From NCBI RefSeq assembly GCF_026210795.1, contig NC_089433.1:3906001-3970000 (forward strand): DNA of 64,000 nt, given 5' to 3'. The position numbers were made by a program, and so were the translations under genes. Below the pieces are notes generated by a model. That model saw only the letters and a list, made by a program, of their open reading frames with translations, was not told the DNA's origin and did not search any database. Source of the DNA: Rhizophagus irregularis. Taxonomy: Eukaryota. This document shows, one piece after another, positions 54,061-64,000 of this stretch; within the stretch, counting starts at the first letter, position 1, and the number at the start of each line of letters is the position of its first letter.

Positions 54061-54869
54061 TATTAGATTTGATTTTATTTTTATAATTTGATTTTGGGAT
54101 GAGTAAAAATTTGAAAGAAAGTCATAAAATGTCACTTTAAATAAAATTTGAACAATACCTCTTTGGTTTGATTTTATTTCTCGTTTCAATTAAAATTTAA
54201 TTTATTAGACTTTTCATCATTAAACATATTAATTAAATCTCATGCGGATATGGATTATCTAAATATAAATATCATGATTCTAAATATAGATATAAATCAC
54301 TTAATTTATTTTAATTTTTTTTTAAAAAAAAATCTTAGTTTGATTTCAATTAAAAATAATTAAAAATCATGTACATGTTTTGGTTATTTAAATATAAATA
54401 TCAATATATTATATTTAAAAATAAAACAATTTATTATTAGCACATTCTATTGAATTTTAAAAAAAAATCATCAATATATCATATTTAAAAATAAAACAAT
54501 TATATTCTGATTAAATATTTTGCGTACATTTCTTAAAAAAATCATAAAAAAAATCTTGTACGTCGTACATGCAATTACTAAATATCATCCCCTTGTGATA
54601 AATAAAAAATTACGCAACACAAATTCAACACAAACTCAACACAAATTTAACAAATTTAACGAAATTTGGCCAAAATTAACAAATTTTTTACCAGAATTAT
54701 CAACACAAATTGAACACAAATTTCAGTCACGATTTATTTATGTCACGCCCGTGTTGTTAATAATTAAATAAATAAATCTGCATTTTATTTATGATATGAA
54801 AAACGTGACCATAAATTTTTTTAAGGATATAATTTTATTAAAATAAATCAAAACTCCTATATCAAGTGA

Positions 54870-57852
54870 CTAAAAAATATATTTATTTACGAAATATTCA
54901 TTTTGTTTATCAAATCGGGGTACTATGTGAACGACACCATGTATAGACTCTATAGCTACAAAGTTATATAATTCTATCAATTTTAAGTGAGGACATCCAT
55001 ATAAATATGGGTTCCTTTTAGATTTAAAATCGTACCATTGAATTAATGCGAGATTTAGCGGTGGGTCTGTTAATACTTCTGCTAACAATAAGGCCTATAA
55101 ATAATAAATATTTATTAATACTTTTATAATAAATTATTACATAAATTGGAAAAATACCTGTCCATAACAAAGTCCTTTGTCTGATATATAATCATTTGAT
55201 TCTTCAGAATCCATTGAAATAGCTATGTCGCTAAACCATACTTTATTATGATACCTGTTTGTGGCACGCATTATGGCACCATTTTCCAGTGTTACCGATC
55301 CGTATATGTTTATTCGGGTTTCACCAATAATTGTGAAACCATCAAGTAAATCTAGATATGAATCCAGACAACTTATAAATCTAGCAAAACCAGTCTGCAT
55401 TTTATTGTCTACGGAATCTTTTTTTTCATTAAAAAATGTATTTGCATCTTGTAAAGAGAATTCAAAGAGTCTTGCAGAAAATTTACAAGTGCGAGGTGTT
55501 TTTGCCGGATTCACTGAATGTTGAGACATTCTAATAGATATTGCTTGACGTTTTATCTATTAATTTAATTTCCATCTTAAGTTATATAATAAATATATAC
55601 AATAAATAAAATTTTCAAATACTTACAGTTCGTAAAATCTGAGGTTCGACATCTTTTTTATTGCTAATTCGGTAGGGTATTTTAACGAAATATTTGTGAA
55701 GACTTTCGTAAGTTTCTGTAGTATAGCCATTTATTGCGCCATAAGATCGTATTGAGTCAATAATATGATAAACCCATGAATGCAATTTAGGTAACTTCAA
55801 ATTGGAAGGAGAAACAAATTTAAAAGCCTTGACAAACATCCGGGCCCATCTATGTATTGCATTATAAAACTTAAATGTTAATTTAATTTATTTAATTTAA
55901 ATTTTCAATTTTACTAAAATTTTAATACATACATTAAATTTCTCCAAGTCACTTTCACTAAATTCTTCATATCTACTTAAAATATACATTTCATTCCAAT
56001 ATTCGTACAATTTCGTAAGATCATCATTATTTACAAAATTATCTACTTCATTGTTATTTTCATCATATAAATTATCAATAACAAATATCATGACTTTCAT
56101 CAAACTTCGATATTCATTAGCAGTTAATCTTGCAATTGACTGCAGTCCATTGGAAAAAATTTTAATGGCGGGAAAACGTGGGATTGCTGCTAGACGGCGA
56201 TCTACTTCTTCAACTAATTTATTACCATTAACATGTTGCAATTTTAAGATATCGCACGTGAAGATAATTTGATAACGAAATAAACCTAAATCTAAATGAT
56301 GCATTCTGTCAGGAACAGTAGCCAAGTAGATATTTATATTCCTTGATAATATAAATATTTATAATTAATAGATATATATGTTATTATAATTATTTCTACT
56401 TTTGCATACTTACGGTAAATCCCAAAAAAAATTATGTACAGATTCTATGCAAACAGATCTTTGTGTATCATTTTCAAAATGTTTACGCATTTCATCATGA
56501 GTTCTTAGTATTACATCGTTAACCGATAAGTCTATATTTGCAAGATTTTCCCTTTTAACTAAACAGGAGTGACATGGAAGGTTTGAATTGGAGGATTTAT
56601 AAACTAAACAAAAACTTGCGGCCTCCGGCCAATCTGCAATAATAGTTGAAACTCTAGGATAAAACCAGGTATTTTCATTATTTATAAAAAGGTCTATACC
56701 ATCTTTTAATAAAATAATAGGTTCTAGTAAATGACGTAAAGATTTATGAAAGGTATCACGAACCAGATCTTTATTTGCAGCTTCTAAAATTGGTAAATAT
56801 CCCAAAAGTTGCTTTGCATCCTGTTTATTACGACGCCATATTGGGATATTACCTAATGTAATATATATTGGATGCAATTGACTTTTTCCTAATGTATCTG
56901 TAGTTGTTGCATCTGAATATAAAATAATTGATAATAATTTGGAACCAGTAGGTAAGGATTCTTGCGTAGTTTTCCACCATTTTCCAGTGTTTTGTTCACT
57001 GTAAATACTTTCTCTATTATACTATAAAATAATATAAATAAATTAAAATAAATATTATTTAAATTATTGAATTAACTAATATTTACTATTTACCTCATAG
57101 TTTTCGTAAGATAGCGCAAAATTTTGTGTTATGTCAGGAACAGTTAAGATATTTTTGATGCACTGTATTAAGTTTTGATAATAAAGAAAATAATCTTTAT
57201 CTTTATGTTTTGTTATAAGAACTTTACTAAATTCTAAATTAGAAAACTTCATATTATTCATAAATGCTCGTCCCTGTTCGATATTTTTTGGTAATGGTGA
57301 TTCTGTAAGATTTGAATGTTTATTAAAAAAACGTATTATTTCATTACCACCTTTATTGTTTATTTTATATTTCGTTACTAATAACATTAGATCTTTATAA
57401 GCATCATTAGGAAATTCTGTGCAAGTTTTGGTATTGAGATTTTTGGGTTCTTCAAAAATTTCAGGCTCTTCAGATGAATCTAATATATTTTCAAAGTTAC
57501 TATCTTCAAGGCTCATCTCTGATATTGCACTTCCAATACTGTCAAATGACATATTTTGTACATTATTATCATCATTCACCTAAAATTATAAACCAAAATG
57601 AGTTAGTATAATTTGAGCTTTTTCTTTAAAAAGAATAATCTGGAATAACATAATTACCTCAACTTTATCATTTTCATATTCACTACTTAGATTACTTCTT
57701 GTATCCATTTCACTGCTATATTTTTCACTATCATTATTATCATCATCATCTTCTACTTCTACTTCTACATTTTTTAAGCATTTTTGGGCGTGTTGAGTAT
57801 ATGCAAAGCGTTGACTGAATATTCGCATACAAAGGGGGCATTTGAAACTCAT
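54870..57852 (-). CDS. Plavaka transposase, 7 exons, apparently open
   Basis: N-terminal C2H2-like finger (CPLC..H..KC); YSDATTTDTLGKSQLHPIYITLGNIP, ADWPEA..C..PCHSC, VPDRMHHLDLG, PKLHSW, TETYESLHK; C-terminal LALIQWY..HIVPRF. The acceptor near 55870 is the least certain junction. Confidence 0.85.
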
Positions 57853-58100
57853 GTTACTAAATTAACGCGTCAAATTTGATGAAAAGTATCAATTCACTAT
57901 TTAATTTATATGAGATTATGTGTGCTAATAAAATTATATTGCAAATTCATTGTAAAAATTTAATGAATTAATTGAATGGATTACAATTGATTGAGTTATT
58001 TGAATAGACACGACTACGCAAATTTACGCATTAATGAATGGAACTGGCTGTAAGAATCTGGTGGCTAATATCGCGGAATCATTCGCAATTTTATGCATTA

Positions 58101-58315
58101 TAGCAAAATTTAAAATATGCGAAACACTCAGCAATTTTGCTGTCGGGAACTTGCCGAGTTCGTGGGTTGGCAAATCTAAAAATAAATGTAACAAGTCTAT
58201 GATGTACCATATAAATATTGTTTATTATTTTATTTACTATTTCAATTTGCCGGCAACCTGCCAAGTGAATCTGACAGCAAAAGTGCTGAGTGTTTCGCAT
58301 ATTTTGAATTTGCTG
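58101..58315. mobile_element. Tc1/mariner-type MITE in the Plavaka intergenic region
   Basis: ~45-bp inverted repeats (agcaaaatttaaaatatgcgaaacactcagcaattttgctgtc / gacagcaaaagtgctgagtgtttcgcatattttgaatttgctg); TA on both flanks. Confidence 0.75.
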
Positions 58316-58953
58316 TAACGGGCTGTAAGAATTCGGATGGCTTATTCAATCGGCTAATCATCTGATAATCAGCCGCAAATTTATTGGCTTAACACGGCAA
58401 ATCACTTTTACAATAATGGACGGATGATCAGCCACAAATTTATGCGATAATCAGGTTATAAGCGCTCAAGATCACTATCAATCTGATCAGCCAAATGAGT
58501 TCACTGGCTGCAACTTTTTTTTTCCATGCATAAAAGCCCCAACATGTGTAACATGTTATTTTTTTATAAATTGGATTTGATTAATATTTCGATTGTACTA
58601 TGTGCTTTTACGAGAGTTTTTTTTTAAAGTTCTCTTATGAAAGTGTTACAATATTTTTTCGTAATATCACGATGCAAAATTTTTGCATTAGTACATTCAT
58701 TTTTTGTAATATTTCGCATTAGTTCATCCATTTTTCGCAATATTTCGCAAGTTTTTTTTCTTTTTTAGTATAGAATGGCGGAAATTACCTTATGACAGCT
58801 TGCCTCCTTTTTCTGAATTTCTGATTCATGTATTTCCCCCTTTTTCCTCATCCTTTTCAAATTTTCTAGTTCACCTTTTTCTCATATATTTCCTCTTTTT
58901 TCTCATATATTTCCTCCTTTTTCTCATATTTTCGTTTCAAATTTATTATCATA

Positions 58954-60371
58954 ATGGCTACAAAGCGTGGCGAGAAACGAAGAATTGACGATAATGAAAG
59001 ATTTTCAAAACGTAGTACTGAGGGTAGCGAAGCTGAGAAGCGAGTGAGAATATCCGATGATAGTGTTGATGGTATATATGACATAATATGTATCATATTC
59101 TTTATAAAAGAAATTATATAATATATAGTTAAATTATATTTTATTGTTAAAGTTAATAAAAAAACAATAGAAAAACTATTAAGAACCAATTCGCAGATAA
59201 TTTCTAAGCTTGAAGTTCTTATCACCGGACAAAAAAATCTCGAAACCCGTCTCTCGAGCATAGAAAAAAAGCTCAACGATAATAACAAAAATAATAATAA
59301 TACAATAGATCCGGAGTATGTAAAGGTAATAAAGATGAATATTATTTAATGTAAACCTGAAATGCTAACCTCGTTTGATTAGGAGCTCGTTAAGAAGGTG
59401 TCGAAAATTTTATTTGAAAATTTTGTTTATCCTTCGCAAGACGAGTACAAACTCGCTACCGAAAAATATTTAAAAGACGAAAATCCGGAATTTATGCGCC
59501 AGTTCAAAAAAAATCAATGGATTATTTTTTTCGAAAAAAAAATTGCCCCGACTGTAAGTTAAAGCAATTATGAATTTTATTAAATTTCATACTAACATTT
59601 TTTTTTAATAGTTAGTACAACAACATAGAAGCATACGAGGGACGTTCACGTCTAGAGTTAAAGACGTTATGTATTCTGTTTTCGAAGCGACTGGGCATAA
59701 ATTACCGTCTATTAACACTCAGGCTAGTCCGTCAAAGATTCAGGAATGGAAGAGTAAGGCGGAGGTGAAAAGATGTTACAACAACCTATTTAAAAAGGTT
59801 AAAGATGGGCAACTTACGACATATATGTCGCTGATAATTGATAAGTTGCGAAAAGAAAATAAAAATCCCTCAAAAACACAAATAGCGTATGCGATTAGCA
59901 TATGTGAAACGTACTTAAATCCTAATAATCAAAACATTCAAATGAGCGAAAGTATAATGAAGTCGAAGATAATCAACAACTTAGTAAGTTTTTAATTTAC
60001 AATTTGCAAAATGTGAATTATTTGAATTACAGTTTATTTATTTATTTATTGATTTTTAGCAAAAGTTGGAAAATAGGGATAAATTTACACATTCGGACGA
60101 TGATTCTCATGATGGTAATGATGTAGACGATGGTGGTGATAGAGCAGCTGACGATAGAGCAGGTGCGGCTGATGATGATGTGACTAACGATGGTAGGCCT
60201 AACGATGGTGCGGCTAACGATGATGCGGCCAACGATGGTACGGCCAACGATGGTGCGGCCAATGATGGCATAGCTGATGATGATATACTTTCTATTGACT
60301 CTTATAACACGGAGGAGGAAGGTCGGTATGTAAATAGTTTATTAGAGAATTATGGGTTGCATAAAAAATAA
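58954..60371 (+). CDS. Plavaka accessory gene: coiled-coil plus helical domain, acidic repeat tail; function unknown
   Basis: Exons ~58954-59071, 59152-59325, 59383-59553, 59612-59984, 60060-60371; MATKRGEKRR...SKLEVLITGQKNLETRLSSIEKKL...; 15-bp repeats encode (ANDGA)n near 60180-60275. Confidence 0.7.
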
Positions 60372-62207
60372 ATATTATTTTTTATATATATCACACGTAA
60401 TAGCATTTTTTTTACCATAATTAATATAGTTTTAATAAATAAAATGGTTATTAATTCTTAACAACACGGGTGTGACATAAATAAATCGTGGCTGAAATTT
60501 GTGTTCAATTTGTGTTCAATTTGTGTTGATAATTCTGGTAAAAATTTGTTAATTTTGGCCAAATTTCGTTAAATTTGTTAAATTTGTGTTGAATTTGTGT
60601 TGATAATTTTTAATTTATCACGAGGGGATAATATTTAGTAATTGTGCATATACAATTTCTGTGATTTTTTAAAATGCGGATTTCCGTAATTTTACGATAT
60701 CGTATTTTCTGGCCAATCAAATTAGGCTGATCCTTGCATGTGATTTAATCATTTAATCATTTAATCATGCACGCGTTTTTGTCTTATTTATTTTTGTTTC
60801 TTATTTCTTTATTCTTTTGTTCAATATTTTTAATTTTTTTGTCTCTTCTTTCTATTATTTCTTTAATTATATACAATATATTTACATATATTTCATAATT
60901 TATTGCTTTGCAGGTATAGAAATATTTGTTTATTAATACTAATTATTTTCATTTTTTTTTACCTCTTTGTTATTTTGTATCGTAATACTAACAATAATAT
61001 CCATGTTTCCTTTATTCCTTTTTACTTGTACTTTAATACTAACGATACTAACAATACTAACAACATGTTTATTTTTTCCTTTCTCTTTATTTCTTTATTC
61101 TTTTGTTCAATTACTTTGCAGGTATAGAAATATTTATTTATTAATACTAATTATTTTAATATTAACGCGTTTTTTTTTTACCTCTTTGTTACTTTATGTC
61201 GTAATACTAACAATACTATCTACGTTTCCTTTATTTCTTTTTACTTGTACTTTAATACTAACGATAATATCCATGTTTCTTTTACTCCTTTTACTGTTTC
61301 TTTAACTCTTTTTACCTTAATACTAACAATAATAACAATATTTCTTTTATCTTTATATCTAATACTAACGTTACTATAGCTGTTTCTCTTCTTTTTACGT
61401 CTAATAATATTGTTACTCTACTCTTTCTCTTTTTTACTTTTATGTATTCTATATATATTAATAAATACTTGTAATTTTTTATGATTATATCTAATAAAAC
61501 ATACATTATATAAACTTATAGTACAGAAAATGAAGTATTATTTATCGAAATATTTTGAAATATTACGAAATATTAAGTTGTGTAAAATCACAGAATATTA
61601 CGAATCGTCAAATTATGGAACATTACGCATCATAGAATTTCGAAATATTTTAAAAAGTTGCGAAGTATTACGCAGTAAAATTACGGAATATTACGAATCG
61701 TAAAATTACGAAGCCTTGCATACAGTAATATTTCGAAATATTTTAAAAAGTTACAAAATATTACGCTTACGCAAACTTGCGGCGGGTCTGAAAACTTACG
61801 AAATATTATGTAAAATTACGAAATATTACGAACCGCAAAATTACGGAATATTACAAATCGTAAAATTACGAAGCTTTGCATATCGTAATATTTCGAAATA
61901 TTTTAAAAAGTTATGAAATATTACACTTACGCAAACTTGCGGCGGGTCTGGAAGCTTACGAAATATTATGATGTGTAAACTTGCGCAACTTTTCGCACTA
62001 TATAATTTCCTGATGTATTAACAAAAATTTTTATTGTAAAATGAATTTCGACTTGTTTTTCGTCAAGTAATTATAATAAAAATACTACAAAAGAATCTTT
62101 TCGTAAAATGAAATTTCGTCTAATAAACGTGTCTCTCGTTAAGTAATTATAAAAATTAAAAAAATAAAAAAAATAATTCAGCCGATTTTTACCAAAACAC
62201 TTAATTA

Positions 62208-63835
62208 TTAACAAATTTGGAGTTTGCGATTAATTGGATTAATCGCCAAATATTCAATAGCATTACTCTGAGTAGAAATTTGATATTTTGATGGTATAAA
62301 TCGACAAAGGATATTATGTACAGGAATAATACAATCGCGGCTTTCATCATAAAATTCAGATTTCCACAACTCGACGTTACAGCTCTCGTCTTCATCATCA
62401 ATATGAAAATAATATCGACTTTCACTCGTACTAGCTGGTCGATACCAACGAATATATGCCAAATTATGTTCCATTTGTCCATTTGGTAAGTCGACTGTAT
62501 ATTTGAAGAAGTATTGAATTTGTCCAGGATAACTGTCAACTTTCCTATCACTAGTTATAAATTTGGCTAGGATACACGAGCTTTTTGTATGTCAAACTGA
62601 CATTGCGGAGCCAAATACTTCAGAACCAATTTGGCATCTTCCAAATTGATTTATCTTTACTCAAATTGTTATAGAATCTTGGATAATTTCATCTGCTGGT
62701 TTGCGAAACTTGTACATTTTGATATAAGAAGCATTATAAAAAGAAACCATCAGTTCGAGCATTGATTCGGTCATTATTGCTTCAGAACTAGGCTTCAGCA
62801 TTTCTTCAGGAAACAGCTCGCATCCAGTAATAGTCGATTCCTGTATGTTTTTAGCATTTAGCCAAAACCGCTCTAGTTCATCTGAAGAAAATTGGTTCGC
62901 AGCCAATATTAAACCAGTTGTGGGTCAATCTTCAAGCAATTCTAAGTCTTTCGTTTGAATGTCAGAACTAATGATATCTCTAATTCGATTATCATTCATT
63001 ATCTGACGCATTATTTCTGGTTCAATTTGTCTATTACTTGTTGGCAATGAGCCTTAAAAATTATTAAAAATAAGACTAACAATGTAAACATCTGAATAAA
63101 GTAAAAAAAGTAAAAAAAAGAATATCTTACCAAGTATTCCATTCATACGCTCAAATGAAAAACACCAAAATGCATACAATGGACCAAAATCATTCGAACA
63201 ATCGCACAAATGGAGCGAAAGGTGAAGATTAGGCGTAATTTTTACTCTTCCATAGTGTACTTCAATAAGCTTAATTATTTTAATTAGCCTCTCATGAGCT
63301 TCTTCCATTAATTCAATTTCTAAAATTTGGCTTACTAAAATAGAACAAACTCTAACGAAATGTGTCAAGATTTTTCGATCTTTTGACGATAAATGTTCCC
63401 ACAATGAGGTAGTTGTGTAGATCATAAAGAAAATTCACCACTGATCGGCTGTATAGTTCGAAAACCCTTCTCCACGCTCAATATTCCTGGGAATTCGTCC
63501 CAAATCAGCCAGTATTTTGAATTGATTCATTTTTTCTTGAATCTTCTTTAGATCGTTCGGGGTTAAAACACCCTCGTCGATCCAAATCCTCTTCATTATC
63601 CACCTCACAATTCCTAAGAATAAGCAGTGCATTGGATCTACAATAATAAAATGAATTGGGTCAAAGTACGGCAATCGAAGTAACTCTGACCACCTAACCC
63701 CTTTTTCACTAACGAAATTCTTTCTTGAATTGGTGGAATTGCAACTTCGCCATGCAAGAGCATTTTGACGATGTTCGGTCGAATCACGAGTAATGAACCA
63801 ATTCTCCATATCCTCCATACCTGCAAAATCAAACG
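62208..63835 (-). pseudogene. CACTA/EnSpm-type transposase remnant
   Basis: GVRWSELLRLPYFD, VDPMHCLFLG, YTADQW*, ITPNLHLSLH, FGPLYAFWCFSFERMNGILG, C-terminal LAYIRWY; several stops and frameshifts; N-terminus missing. Confidence 0.85.
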
Positions 63836-63940
63836 TCGATATCGAAACAACAATCCGCAGCTTCCGGTTCTGGTTCTATCAAAACTCAAAAACAAGCATC
63901 GAACACAGGTCGAAAAGTGAAAAATCAGGCATCAATCAGT

Positions 63941-63986
63941 CACCAATCGGTCACCAATCAGGTACCTGATTGGTGACCGATTGGTG
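63941..63986. repeat. Perfect 46-bp palindrome built from CCAATC repeats
   Basis: CACCAATCGGTCACCAATCAGGT|ACCTGATTGGTGACCGATTGGTG. Confidence 0.9.
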
Positions 63987-64000
63987 CCTGATTGGCATTT

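Larger units (their letters stand above)
54570..60646. mobile_element. Plavaka-type (CMC-related) transposon with ~200-bp TIRs and two divergent genes
   Basis: 54570-54770 is the reverse complement of 60450-60646 (CAACACAAATT repeats). The right terminus reads CACAATTAC, the left TGCAATTAC; CA dinucleotide on both flanks. Confidence 0.88.
52438..62015. mobile_element. 9.6-kb TIR element (CMC-like) with long subterminal repeat arrays
   Basis: TIR CATCAGGAAATTTTATAGCGCGAAAAATTGCGTAAGTTTAC matches the reverse complement of 61975-62015; TA on both sides; CGTAATATTAC/GAAATATTACG repeats at 52460-53060 and 61545-61990. Confidence 0.85.
52100..64000 (-). mobile_element. Probable outer CACTA/EnSpm element hosting the 52438-62015 insertion; right end beyond the window
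   Basis: CACTGGTCGAAA at 52100 truncates the retro-ORF; GATTGGTCA-type subterminal repeats at 52155-52345 and 63925-63996; transposase remnant at 62208-63835. The partner TIR is not visible. Confidence 0.45.

Noticed and set aside
60903..61506. Hydrophobic ORFs resembling membrane proteins
   Set aside because: Low-complexity AATACTAAC-type repeats inside the TIR element.

Overview
Very AT-rich eukaryotic DNA with short GT-AG introns. The gene families (BTB/BACK-TLDc paralogs, TKL-type kinase with WTSGN motifs, Plavaka, Crypton, MULE and hAT elements) point to an arbuscular mycorrhizal fungus (Glomeromycotina, Rhizophagus-like); this is inferred, not proven. The first 6.4 kb holds ordinary genes: a partial coiled-coil gene, an intron-rich OPT oligopeptide transporter and a GLELO-like PUFA elongase. 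The rest is accessory DNA. It contains four BTB-TLDc paralogs, three of them a tandem array and one with a nonsense codon. It also contains a ~1345-aa kinase gene with a tandem array of phase-0 exon modules (Cys4 finger + kinase N-lobe), six degenerate and one intact, ahead of a single catalytic C-lobe. There are two deep transposon nests: Crypton (apparently intact tyrosine recombinase, terminal hairpin) > hAT > Tc1/pogo-type MITE > tRNA-headed SINE-like retroposon at 28-33 kb, and a probable CACTA > 2-bp-TSD TIR element with a Myb/SANT gene > Plavaka > MITE at 52-64 kb. All calls were made by eye from motifs, splice sites, TIRs and TSDs; no database search was run.
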